A DNA stretch of 64,000 bases from Ignavibacteria bacterium (GCA_037440065.1 JBBIUV010000015.1:644774-708773), one strand, 5' to 3'; positions 18,561 through 28,345 are shown, numbered from the stretch's first letter. Notes: generated from the sequence alone by a model not told the origin. Translations and numbers: made by a program.

Positions 18561-19811
18561 ATGAAGTTCACAAACCTTCTTTGCGCACTTTTGATACTTA
18601 CATCAGTAACAATCCTAGCACAAAATTACTTCCCTGCCAAGATTGGCGACAAATTTCAAGAGGAACATTATAAAAAAAATTCTTTTAGTATTGGAGGTGG
18701 TTGGGAAGAATACACTTATCCCAATTTTGATATAAAAGATACACTCATGTTTGAAAATGTAACTTATTACAATTATAACAACAGATATTATAGTTACGAC
18801 TCTCTTAATCAACGATTAAATATTTATTTAGATGGAAAAGTTCACCTCGCTGTAGATTTTAATCAGCCTGTGAATGCTGGTCAAGTTCTCTACTTTGGCG
18901 GAGATCATATGAGCTGGAAGTCTTCGGGAGTGTCGGTAAAAAATATTCTGGGCAAGGATCGGTTAGTTTATAAGATGACAAAAGATTCTTCTTATTTTGG
19001 GGGACCTTCAAATCGGTTTATGGAATGGGTTGTAGAATTTGTTGATGGAATCGGAATATATTCGTATTACTACCATGTTTGGGATATGTGGTCTAGCTGG
19101 GATGAGTATCTCACCATTTCAAATAAAATTGTTTTTGCAAAAGTTGGTACCTCAGCAATAAATTTCTACAACCAAAAGATTTCATTAACAGATCCGGTGA
19201 AGGATAAAAAACTCAGCGAATTCGGCTGCATTTTAGGAGTCGATGTCGAAAATCCGTTCCCGAGTTTAATCTCTAAGTTCTATGTTGAATATAATATCTA
19301 CCGGAGTGGACTTCTAAACGCGACAAAAATTTACAATATTGATAAATCAACTAAATTGGCATTTATAAATCCGCAACCCGGTGATCTTTCTGTTGGAGAT
19401 TCGATCGCTTTCAGATGTGTCCTGCGGGATACCTCAATATTTAACAACATTACCACTTGTCCCGATACAGGTTATTATACTTACAAAATACTTTCTAACG
19501 TATCTTCGGTTGAGGGATCGGAAGGTGAAAGAGTAAGTGAATATCAATTAGGTCAAAACTACCCTAATCCCTTCAACCCAACCACCATTATAAAGTATTC
19601 CGTTGTGAAGAGCGGAAATGTAAGTCTAAAAATTTATGATGTACTTGGAAATGAAGTAGCTACACTTGTAAATGAAGAAAAACAACCGGGAAATTATAAA
19701 GTTGAATTTCAGTCGACAGTGAGCAACCAGCAGTTGGCAAGCGGAATATATTTTTATCAACTTCGAACTGGTGATTTTGTGCAGACGAAGAAAATGATTT
19801 TGTTAAGGTAA
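18561..19811 (+). CDS. T9SS type-A sorting-domain-containing secreted protein
   Basis: Signal peptide. C-terminal NYPNPFNPTTIIKYSV...KIYDVLGNEVATLVNEEKQPGNYKVEF...SGIYFYQ. Confidence 0.65.
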   Translation: MKFTNLLCALLILTSVTILAQNYFPAKIGDKFQEEHYKKNSFSIGGGWEEYTYPNFDIKDTLMFENVTYYNYNNRYYSYDSLNQRLNIYLDGKVHLAVDFNQPVNAGQVLYFGGDHMSWKSSGVSVKNILGKDRLVYKMTKDSSYFGGPSNRFMEWVVEFVDGIGIYSYYYHVWDMWSSWDEYLTISNKIVFAKVGTSAINFYNQKISLTDPVKDKKLSEFGCILGVDVENPFPSLISKFYVEYNIYRSGLLNATKIYNIDKSTKLAFINPQPGDLSVGDSIAFRCVLRDTSIFNNITTCPDTGYYTYKILSNVSSVEGSEGERVSEYQLGQNYPNPFNPTTIIKYSVVKSGNVSLKIYDVLGNEVATLVNEEKQPGNYKVEFQSTVSNQQLASGIYFYQLRTGDFVQTKKMILLR

Positions 19812-19860
19812 AATATAAGTATTTGAGTAATTCGCTTTCTAATATTCATCAATAAATAGG

Positions 19861-21588
19861 GTGTTAAATATGTTTTGCAAAAAAATGGTTCTAGGCAGTA
19901 TACTTCTTTTGTTAAGCTGTGATTGGTTAAATGGACAATCTTTCTCTGCATTCCAATCATTACATTATTCTCATTCTATTTACGCTTCCGGCTTGGGAGA
20001 ACAAGGCGTTGCAACAAAAAATGCATTTGATGCAATGCAGTATAATCCCGCAAATCTTGTTTTTGCCGAAAACTTAGCTGTTTCCTACAACAGAAATCCA
20101 TGGGGATTAATATTTGAACAGATTCCACTGACTTCCTTAAATGTAATTACCAAATTACCAAATGGTGCAAGTATGGGATTGGCATATACCTATTGGGATG
20201 AAGGAGAATGGACATCGACCACAACGAGTCCAAATGGCTACGTAGAATCAGGAAAATTTCATTTTTATGAACGATCATTAGCTGCAGGTTATGCACAAAA
20301 AGTTGGTAAAGAATTTTTCCTAGGAGGATCAATCAGGTATGCTTGGATACCAATTTACCAAAGTGAATATATGGATCATCTCCTCTTTAGCGTTGGAGCA
20401 ATGTATGTCCCTGAAAAATTCTCTGACCGTCTGAGCTTTGGACTCTCTTTGATGAATTTTAGTACAAGAATTGAAGTTAAGGATAAAGAATTGTATACAG
20501 GGAAGGAAATAATTCAATCCTCACCACCACCGTCTCAAATGAATGTCGGAATAAATGCAGTTGCGGTGACTAATCATTATTTTGACATAAATTTTTTACT
20601 CGGGTTTAAAAAACCGTTTGATAAACTTAAGGATCCATCAACTTATGAAGCCCAATCATCTTTTGCTTCATTGTTAAATGATTGGAAAGATTTTCCTCGA
20701 GATGTGACCGGACAAATTGGTTTAAGTTACTTGTGGCATCCTCTCGATATTGGCCCAGGGTTATCTTTTTTCCAAGAAATGTATTTGGGTTATTTCTCCA
20801 CAGGTCCTAAAGACGGATCTCAGAGTTTTTTTACTCACGGATGTAATATCGGCATCAAAGGAAAAGATATGAAAGCTTCGTTAGGTTATGCCGGAAGGTG
20901 GCATAACTATAGGGCTGATTCATATTTGAAGTGGGAATTCCCATGGGAAACATTTCAATTTAGCATTAGTTCTGATATGAATTTGTTTTCTTCCACCGAG
21001 CATGCGGTTGAATTGGATGCTAAACCAAAGAGCATAATTCTCTCAAACGGGTTTGCTCGCGGTGCTTCATTGGGAAGAATGAAAGAACAAAATTTTCATG
21101 AAGGGCAAGACAATGCGAAAATATCATACGAAATGAAAAACATCTGGGCAGTAGAGGCAGACTTTTATATCGATGATAACTCGGCAATTTTAACAGCAAT
21201 AAAATATTCCAGAATGCAATTGAAAATGGATCTAAACACATTCAGTTCCTTCTCATGGCATTTTAATTTTGACCTCGGAATCGAATCTTTTTCATTCGAA
21301 TCTGGTTATCGCTACCATCCATTGGAACAATTTCATCCATTCTTTGTACAAGCGTCAATCGGCATTATTCGGCTAAATTATGTACTTGAAGAAACTACGC
21401 CAAGGTATGTTTATCAAGGATTCGATGAAATTACTGCTGGTGTAATGCTGCCGTTGTTCGATACAAAAGTTGTGGTAATTCCAAAGTTTGGATTAACGAC
21501 ACTGTTTCTTGATCAACTTCCCTATAAAAAGATTCTAGCTGGTTTTAATCAATTGAGATTAGGAGTGAATATCGGGTATCAGTTATAA
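19861..21588 (+). CDS. Outer-membrane beta-barrel protein (FadL/PorV-like, NPA-motif)
   Basis: Signal peptide. N-terminal ...DAMQYNPANL (the NPA motif of FadL/PorV-type barrels). Alternating amphipathic strands. Follows two T9SS cargo genes. Confidence 0.45.
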   Translation: MLNMFCKKMVLGSILLLLSCDWLNGQSFSAFQSLHYSHSIYASGLGEQGVATKNAFDAMQYNPANLVFAENLAVSYNRNPWGLIFEQIPLTSLNVITKLPNGASMGLAYTYWDEGEWTSTTTSPNGYVESGKFHFYERSLAAGYAQKVGKEFFLGGSIRYAWIPIYQSEYMDHLLFSVGAMYVPEKFSDRLSFGLSLMNFSTRIEVKDKELYTGKEIIQSSPPPSQMNVGINAVAVTNHYFDINFLLGFKKPFDKLKDPSTYEAQSSFASLLNDWKDFPRDVTGQIGLSYLWHPLDIGPGLSFFQEMYLGYFSTGPKDGSQSFFTHGCNIGIKGKDMKASLGYAGRWHNYRADSYLKWEFPWETFQFSISSDMNLFSSTEHAVELDAKPKSIILSNGFARGASLGRMKEQNFHEGQDNAKISYEMKNIWAVEADFYIDDNSAILTAIKYSRMQLKMDLNTFSSFSWHFNFDLGIESFSFESGYRYHPLEQFHPFFVQASIGIIRLNYVLEETTPRYVYQGFDEITAGVMLPLFDTKVVVIPKFGLTTLFLDQLPYKKILAGFNQLRLGVNIGYQL

Positions 21589-21661
21589 GTAAATGTTTAA
21601 GAACAAGTTAAATTCTTATTCAACTGAAGGTAACTTATTCTTAACTTGTTTATAAAATTGT

Positions 21662-23017
21662 TTACGCTTTCGGTTTAACGTTCCAGGTGAATGCTAAAAT
21701 GATTATCGAAAGAACTGTGCAGCCAAGGATTGCGAAGATGACGTAATTCCAACCTGCTTCAAGCCCGTAAAGCTTTCCATAATAATCTGCCATCCACCCA
21801 AAAACTTTTGCTTGTACAGTTCTACCTATGTAGCCGAACAAGCCAATAAATCCAGCTGCAGTGCCGACTGCTTTTTTTGAAGTTAAATCTAAACCGGAAA
21901 CGCCAAGCAACATTACCGGCGGGTAAACGAAAAATCCAACAACGGCAAGTAGAGTAATATCAAGCCACAAGTTTCCCGGCGGATTAAGATAAATCCCTGC
22001 GAACGCACCTAAGATTGGAATCATGCATAACAAACTTACCATACCTCTTCTTCCATCAAATTTATCTGAAAGCCAACCCATCAAAAGAGTGGAAGGAATT
22101 CCGCCAAATTCTAAAATGAGGATCGCCAATCCGCCGCCTGCAAGTGTTGCATGCTTTACTTCGCGAAGATAAATCGGTCCCCAATCAAGCATGCTGTATC
22201 TAACGATATAAACGAAAAAATTTGCGACGGCAAACACCCACAAGTATTTGTTCTTCAGAATATTATCTACAAACAATTCTTTGAACGATAATTCTTTTTC
22301 GGCAGATGCTTTTGTTGCATGATTTTCAGAATGAGTGTTGGTGAATTCTTCAATCGAAGGGAGTCCGTACGATTGCGGTGTATCTTTCAATCTATAGAAA
22401 AGATAGACCGATGTTATCATTGCAATTGCACCGGGGAAATAAAACGCAGCCTGCCATCCGCCAAAAGTTGAAACCGCAAAAGCAGCCAGAACTCCCGCGA
22501 TACCGCCGCCGACATTATGCGCAATATTCCAAATAGCAAAAATAGAACCGCGTTCTTTAATGCTGTACCAATGCCCGATACTGCGTCCGCATGGAGGCCA
22601 GCCCATCCCCTGGATGAATCCGTTCAATCCCCAAAGCGTAAGATGAATTGCGTAATTAGAAGACGAACTGAACATAAAATTTATGATCGCCGTTAAAAGC
22701 AAACCGAAAGCCATGAACTTTCTTGGATTACTTTTATCTGATAGAGAACCCATAAGAAATTTGCCGAGCCCATACGTGATTGCAGAAACCGCGAGAATGT
22801 TGCCGATCATGTTGTGGTCGTAGTGGAGCGCGTTTTGAATATCTTTTGCAACGGTGGAAAGATTGTTTCGAACGATATAGAAAATTGCGTACCCGACGAA
22901 AGTTGATTCAAGCACCAACCAGCGGTTGATCTTATACTGCTTTTTAATTTGATCTTCCGGCAATCTTTCGATGAACGGATCGGGAGCGAAGAAGTTGAAC
23001 ATTTTCTTTAAAGTCAT
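21662..23017 (-). CDS. glpT: MFS organophosphate:Pi antiporter (glycerol-3-phosphate transporter GlpT/UhpC family)
   Basis: FVGYAIFYIVRNNLS, GKFLMGSLSDKSNPRKF, GWPPCGRSIGHWYSIKERG motifs. 12 TM helices. Confidence 0.8.
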   Translation of the reverse strand: MTLKKMFNFFAPDPFIERLPEDQIKKQYKINRWLVLESTFVGYAIFYIVRNNLSTVAKDIQNALHYDHNMIGNILAVSAITYGLGKFLMGSLSDKSNPRKFMAFGLLLTAIINFMFSSSSNYAIHLTLWGLNGFIQGMGWPPCGRSIGHWYSIKERGSIFAIWNIAHNVGGGIAGVLAAFAVSTFGGWQAAFYFPGAIAMITSVYLFYRLKDTPQSYGLPSIEEFTNTHSENHATKASAEKELSFKELFVDNILKNKYLWVFAVANFFVYIVRYSMLDWGPIYLREVKHATLAGGGLAILILEFGGIPSTLLMGWLSDKFDGRRGMVSLLCMIPILGAFAGIYLNPPGNLWLDITLLAVVGFFVYPPVMLLGVSGLDLTSKKAVGTAAGFIGLFGYIGRTVQAKVFGWMADYYGKLYGLEAGWNYVIFAILGCTVLSIIILAFTWNVKPKA

Positions 23018-23031
23018 TCGTGGCTCGAGAT

Positions 23032-23940
23032 TTATTTTACATCATTGGTTTTGTTAATACGAACGCCGAATTCTTTAGATGAAACCCATGGAAAATTTTC
23101 TGCGGGGACATCTTTAAACCTTACCACAATCCAATTATTTCTTTTTGCGTAATCGGCAACGCTTTCAGTTTGTCCGGCTTCAATATGTTCATCCGGATTA
23201 ACTATGAACTTCATTCCTCTGCTAAACTCGATCATCTCTCTATCACCGCGGCTATTTCCCGCAACAAATAAGGGTTTCGTTTGAATGAATGTTTCAATTG
23301 TTTCCATCTTTCCTTCATCTTGCGGAATCGGATGAATAATTTGATCCGTAACGATTCCATTTTTTATAACGGATTTTACACCGATGATATTTGTAATGGG
23401 AATTTCGAAAGCTTTGCTTAAGAATTGTTGATACAACGCTTCCGGTGAAGCCGAGACAATCCAAATTTCAAATCCGTTTGCTTTAAGATTATTGATCAGT
23501 TCTTTCATCGGCTGAAAAATTTTACCGGGGTAAAATTTATTGAAACAATCTTCTCCCATCTTTCTTACTTCTTCTAAAGTAAATCCTGAAAGAAATTTAA
23601 TACGATTTTGCACATAAGGAATTGATACATTTGATTGTTTCTTCATCACATCAATTAAATCTCTTTTAAATTCAGGATGCTCTTTTGCATAGATGTACAA
23701 ACATTCATCTGCCAAATAATGGGGCGCTTGACCAAGCACAGTTCCATCGCCATCGAATACCGCAACTTTTCGTCCTTTTTCATTTGATGTTGAAATTAAA
23801 AATTGTTCGATCTTTTGGTTTACTTCTTCGGTGAAAGCTTGAATTGGTTTAAATTTCGTTTGCGCAGAAAGAAAACCGCTGAAACAAAAAAGTAGTAAGA
23901 GCAGGGTTTTGATTCTATAATTTTTCATCGACTCATCCAT
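23032..23940 (-). CDS. Secreted HAD-superfamily hydrolase (phosphatase-like)
   Basis: Signal peptide. DxDxT motif in VAVFDGDGTVL. Located between glpD and glpT. Confidence 0.55.
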   Translation of the reverse strand: MDESMKNYRIKTLLLLLFCFSGFLSAQTKFKPIQAFTEEVNQKIEQFLISTSNEKGRKVAVFDGDGTVLGQAPHYLADECLYIYAKEHPEFKRDLIDVMKKQSNVSIPYVQNRIKFLSGFTLEEVRKMGEDCFNKFYPGKIFQPMKELINNLKANGFEIWIVSASPEALYQQFLSKAFEIPITNIIGVKSVIKNGIVTDQIIHPIPQDEGKMETIETFIQTKPLFVAGNSRGDREMIEFSRGMKFIVNPDEHIEAGQTESVADYAKRNNWIVVRFKDVPAENFPWVSSKEFGVRINKTNDVK

Positions 23941-23945
23941 TCATT

Positions 23946-25631
23946 TTAATATTTGTTAATTGCTTCTTTGGCATATCTTGAGTGAAACTTCTCTAGAACT
24001 AATTTATTGTATCTCGAAGTTTCAGTTTCCCTTTTTTTATCATCCCAATTTAAGTAACGTGCAGCAGCTTCCGCAATTTTTGGTGCGGCATGATACCCTA
24101 AATCGCCAACTGTTCCAAGGATCATTCTTCTTATAATAATGTCATCCAGACTTTTTGCCTCTTCCGCCATAATTCCATACGCAACTTGAGCAAAGATGCA
24201 TGGATATTGGGGATCGATACGCTCTTTGAGAGAAATATCTTCGCTTGTCATCTCTAAAACGTTTTCAAATTTTGAACCGTAAAAATTTATAAGATGTTCA
24301 ATTATATCTTTATCAAGTTTAAATTTATTGGCAAAGTATGTTACGGTTTTGTCTAAACTCCTTTCAATTAATTGATAATCCTTACCGCCAAATAATGCCT
24401 TACTTTTTGTTGATGAGGCAATGTTGACCTTTAGAATTTTACTTACGTTATCAATCGCTTCCTCGGCCAGACTTCTGTACGTAGTTATTTTCCCACCAAC
24501 AATTGAAAAACAATTTTCAAGTCCATCTTTAGCATGATCAATAATGATATGCTTTCTCGTAACTTCACTTTCCTTTTTATGCGGTTCGTAAAGTAATGGT
24601 CTAACACCCGAGTAAGTATAAACAATTTCTTCCTTTTTCAAATTTCGGGTTGGGAAAAAATTGTTGAACTCATTTGTTAAATAATCAATTTCCGTCTCAG
24701 ACGCGATTACAGAGTCGGGGGGATTTTCAAAATAAATATCAGTAGTTCCAATCAAGTAATAATTCCGCCAAGGAATGATAAAAAAAGGACGACCGTCGCT
24801 TTTGGCTTCCATGTACAAAGCTGTTGTTGGTCCACCTTCAAACTGTTCAATAATAATGTGACTTCCTTTGGTACCTCCCATTAAACGTGGACTGTTGTTA
24901 TGAAGTTGCCTATTTATTTCATCAACAAAAGCTCCGCTGCAATTTACAATTACTTTTGCGTGAATGTTTAACAGTTCTTTTGTAGATTGATTTTCTATCG
25001 TTAGTTGATGAAATCCGTTTTGCAACCCGGCTCTCTCAACAAATTTATGGTGATTGAGAATTGTCGCTCCCTTTTCTTTTGCTGAAAGAATGAGTTCTAA
25101 ACATAATCGCTCTGGGTATTCAATTTGGCAATCGTAGTATGAAATAATAGCATTTAGGTTATTATGATCTAATCCGCCGAGTGAAGGATCTTCAGCTTTT
25201 GTATTTATTTTTTTAAATGAATGGCGTAGGAGAGTTTTATCGTACGAGAGAAGATCATAAAGCATCATTCCCATTCTTAGTGTAAAAGCAGAATGTCTGT
25301 TTTGTTTATAAACCGGGATTTTTATTTGAAGAGGTTTTACAAGATGCGGAGCATTCTTTAATAAAAATTCTCTTTCTCGCAACGATTCCCGAACAAGTGC
25401 AAATTCAAAATGTTCAAGGTAGCGTAAGCCGCCATGAATAAGTTTTGTTGATGCGCTGGTGGTGTAACTTCCAAAATCATTTTTCTCTAAAAGTAGAACC
25501 GATAATCCTCTCAGAGCTGCATCAAGGCAAATGCCTGCACCGTTAATTCCACCTCCAATAATGCAGAGATCAAATGATTTATTACTAATTGAGCTGTTCA
25601 TTTTTTTAAGCGTGCAAAGTTTGTTTTGCAA
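23946..25631 (-). CDS. glpD: FAD-dependent glycerol-3-phosphate dehydrogenase
   Basis: DLCIIGGGINGAGICLDAALRG (FAD dinucleotide fold), LIHGGLRY. 561 aa. Confidence 0.85.
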   Translation of the reverse strand: MQNKLCTLKKMNSSISNKSFDLCIIGGGINGAGICLDAALRGLSVLLLEKNDFGSYTTSASTKLIHGGLRYLEHFEFALVRESLREREFLLKNAPHLVKPLQIKIPVYKQNRHSAFTLRMGMMLYDLLSYDKTLLRHSFKKINTKAEDPSLGGLDHNNLNAIISYYDCQIEYPERLCLELILSAKEKGATILNHHKFVERAGLQNGFHQLTIENQSTKELLNIHAKVIVNCSGAFVDEINRQLHNNSPRLMGGTKGSHIIIEQFEGGPTTALYMEAKSDGRPFFIIPWRNYYLIGTTDIYFENPPDSVIASETEIDYLTNEFNNFFPTRNLKKEEIVYTYSGVRPLLYEPHKKESEVTRKHIIIDHAKDGLENCFSIVGGKITTYRSLAEEAIDNVSKILKVNIASSTKSKALFGGKDYQLIERSLDKTVTYFANKFKLDKDIIEHLINFYGSKFENVLEMTSEDISLKERIDPQYPCIFAQVAYGIMAEEAKSLDDIIIRRMILGTVGDLGYHAAPKIAEAAARYLNWDDKKRETETSRYNKLVLEKFHSRYAKEAINKY

Positions 25632-25715
25632 AGGTAGAAAGGGAATGGGAATCGAACAAATTTATTTTTCTATCAAAGGAAAGAAAAATTCGAGTGTTTT
25701 GTAAGTTATGGAATA

Positions 25716-26552
25716 CTAATAAATCGGATCCATACCGTATTTTCCGCACGCGTACATCATCAGCAAAGCGGAAAGATCGACAAGCGCTTTTTTCTGATCA
25801 TCAATGTAGATGACGAGATCATATACTTCTGCAACAAAGCTCAAATTTTTCAGGACTTTTCGTAATTCAGGATAGGAAGGTGTCCCGTGCCAATTAGCAA
25901 CCTCTTTAACGAGAATGTTTTCATACCTGCGGAGAAATTCGTTAAATGAAATGGTTTTGTAACTATTCGGAAATTGAGGGCGGCAAATTGAGATCAGATC
26001 GTTAAAATAGGTGTCCCATTTTTCAGCGAGATTTTTATTTCTCTCTCGCATAACATAACGTGCTTTTTCCAATGAGAAGTGAGCTTTGGTTGTAACTTTT
26101 AGTTTCGGTATAACTGCATAACCGTCGTAACTCATATCGCCTGATTCTTCATCCAGATATTTCCATCTTTTTAAAAGTTGAGCTGGGGAATAGATTACAA
26201 TAACTTTGTCAAGCGCACTGTCAACTACAATATATTTATTCTGCTGATAGTTTATTACCGTAAACCAATGTTCCCAGTTATCAACGCTCAATACGCATGG
26301 GTAACCATCTTTTAGGTGACCATTTAACACTTTTAAAGCTTCCCCCGCAATTTCGCGTCGGAAGTATTTCATCTTACAATTATATGCTTTTGCAGCTTTC
26401 GCAAGTCCTATTTCATCGGTTCCATACCACCAGTTACTCCCTGCTTTTTTCCCTATTTCATTTTCGTTTTGGAATTGTCCGAGCATAACTAAGGCATATT
26501 TTAAAGCAAAGGGCCCGCATTGATATTTGTAAGGCTGAGGATAGAAACTCAT
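25716..26552 (-). CDS. Cytoplasmic papain-fold cysteine peptidase, C39/BtrH_N-like, with an uncharacterised C-terminal domain
   Basis: Q6-x5-C12 (PQPYKYQCGPFAL), then HWFTVINYQQNKYIVVDSA (His/Asp) in C39 spacing. No signal peptide. C-terminal ~150 aa unassigned. Confidence 0.5.
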   Translation of the reverse strand: MSFYPQPYKYQCGPFALKYALVMLGQFQNENEIGKKAGSNWWYGTDEIGLAKAAKAYNCKMKYFRREIAGEALKVLNGHLKDGYPCVLSVDNWEHWFTVINYQQNKYIVVDSALDKVIVIYSPAQLLKRWKYLDEESGDMSYDGYAVIPKLKVTTKAHFSLEKARYVMRERNKNLAEKWDTYFNDLISICRPQFPNSYKTISFNEFLRRYENILVKEVANWHGTPSYPELRKVLKNLSFVAEVYDLVIYIDDQKKALVDLSALLMMYACGKYGMDPIY

Positions 26553-26581
26553 AGACGCTGTTCTAAGTTTTTAATTATAAA

Positions 26582-27757
26582 TTGATTGTCGTAAATTTAA
26601 TTCAAGGAAATGAAATTATCGAGGTATTTTTTAAAAAGATGAAGAAAAATGATGTAGAAGGAGGAATTAGTACTTTGGAAGGGAGAGACCCGGGAAAACC
26701 GACCGTTGCCGTGATCTACAACGAGCCGGAACCGGAGCTTTATGTAAAAAAATCTCCTACAAATTATGAAAACCTCAATTTTATTCCCTACTTCGAGGTC
26801 GAAAATACAACCCCAATGGAGGATTACGAGACTTTCGCTCATAAAATTGAGTCAAGAGGGTTTAATTGCTATACATTGAACTTGAAGGATGATTTTCATC
26901 TTCTAATAAATGAACTTACGAAAAACCGTCCGGATGTGATTTTCAATTTTGTGGAATTGTTTTATAACAATCCTAAACTTGAAATGAATGTTACCGGAAT
27001 TTATGAGTTGTTGGAAATTCCTTACACGGGAGCTCCTCCGTTAGCATTGGCGAACTGTCAAAGTAAAGTTTTTACAAAAAGGCTGTTGGGTTCTTACGGA
27101 ATAAAAACTGCCAATTTTGAGCTCAAGAAAACTTTTGCAGAAAGATATAAACACTCGCTCCGTTTTCCCATAATCGTGAAACCTGCCTTTGAAGACGCCA
27201 GTGTAGGAATTGATTATAATGCTGTCGTCCACAATAATTCCGAACTGAACGCTAAGATCAATTATATTTTTAGCGAGTTTAAACAAGCCGCATTGATAGA
27301 AGAGTTCATTGAAGGACGTGAATTGAATGTTGCTGTGATGGGAGACGAGAATCCAATAGTTTTGCCAATAAGTGAAATTGATTTTTCTGCCATGCCCGAT
27401 CATCTTCCGAACATTGTAAGTTATCAGGCAAAATGGGACCAAATGCATGAAGCATACCATAAAACCATTCCAATTTGTCCTGCCGTTTTGCCGAAAAGAA
27501 TTCAGGCAAAAGCAGAAAAGATCGCCTTGGCGGCGTTCAAAGCGATGGGAGTTAGAGATTATGCAAGAATTGATATGCGTCTTTCAACCGATAACGAGCT
27601 TTTTGTGCTGGAGGTAAATCCAAATCCTGATTTGACTGAAGGAGCCGGATTTATGCGCTCTGCAGAAGCTGCCGGTTTTACTTATGATGAAGTGCTTGAG
27701 AAATTAATTCGTTTTGCTTTGCTGCGAGGGGAAAAACATAAAAGCCGGTTAAAATAA
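26582..27757 (+). CDS. ATP-grasp ligase, D-Ala-D-Ala ligase family (non-canonical N-terminal domain; the ATG at 26639 is an alternative start)
   Basis: ATP-grasp core PIIVKPAFEDASVGID...EEFIEGRELNVAVMG...LFVLEVNPNPDL. Lacks the Ddl GGxSxEHxVS start and has TVAVIYNEPEPE instead. Confidence 0.7.
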   Translation: MIVVNLIQGNEIIEVFFKKMKKNDVEGGISTLEGRDPGKPTVAVIYNEPEPELYVKKSPTNYENLNFIPYFEVENTTPMEDYETFAHKIESRGFNCYTLNLKDDFHLLINELTKNRPDVIFNFVELFYNNPKLEMNVTGIYELLEIPYTGAPPLALANCQSKVFTKRLLGSYGIKTANFELKKTFAERYKHSLRFPIIVKPAFEDASVGIDYNAVVHNNSELNAKINYIFSEFKQAALIEEFIEGRELNVAVMGDENPIVLPISEIDFSAMPDHLPNIVSYQAKWDQMHEAYHKTIPICPAVLPKRIQAKAEKIALAAFKAMGVRDYARIDMRLSTDNELFVLEVNPNPDLTEGAGFMRSAEAAGFTYDEVLEKLIRFALLRGEKHKSRLK

Positions 27758-27817
27758 AAAAACCTTCTCGGAAAGTTTAACTCCCATGAAGGTTTCTAAA
27801 ATTATTAAATTGAGTTC

Positions 27818-28345
27818 TTAACGAACTTTAACCGCCTGCGGTAATTTTACTTTCACAGCTTCATAAACTCCAAAGAGCAGACCGGTATAAAACAAATCTC
27901 CAAGCAAAGTATTCTGGAAAAAGGGAATTGCGGCGGTGAAGCAAATAAGCAGTCCGGCTAAATCTTTTGTGTAAAGAGTTCCTAATGCCCACATTCCAAA
28001 GTTCGTTATAACAAAAAAGAGAATAGAAGAAGCGACGGAAGCAAGTGCAATTGTGCCAATCGATTTTCTGTTTTTTACTAAAAATCCAATTCCTACAATC
28101 AAGACAAAACTTAAATAGATCGTTACCATTTGTGAATGAAGTCCAATAATTAAATCTGAGATGAACATTGCAAATACCGGAACGGCAAAAGCGAATTTCT
28201 TTTCGTCAAAATAAACGGCGGCAAATAATGCCATTCCAGTTATCGGTGCAAAGTTTAACGGATGGGGAATTAAACGGCTAACAGCTGCAACTAAAATTAA
28301 TCCGGTTAGTAGCAGAAATTTATTAGAGGATATTTTTTCTTTCAT
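27818..28345 (-). CDS. Small polytopic membrane protein (ECF S-component-like / DUF6580-like), downstream of btuB
   Basis: 175 aa with 5-6 TM helices (PITGMALFAAVYF...). Same strand as, and downstream of, the riboswitch-controlled TonB receptor. Confidence 0.4.
   Translation of the reverse strand: MKEKISSNKFLLLTGLILVAAVSRLIPHPLNFAPITGMALFAAVYFDEKKFAFAVPVFAMFISDLIIGLHSQMVTIYLSFVLIVGIGFLVKNRKSIGTIALASVASSILFFVITNFGMWALGTLYTKDLAGLLICFTAAIPFFQNTLLGDLFYTGLLFGVYEAVKVKLPQAVKVR

Noticed and set aside
27758-27817. Possible terminator between the ATP-grasp gene and the downstream membrane-protein gene
   Set aside because: The inverted repeat AACCTTC...GAAGGTT has a 21-nt loop and weak flanking tracts. 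It is not convincing as an intrinsic terminator.
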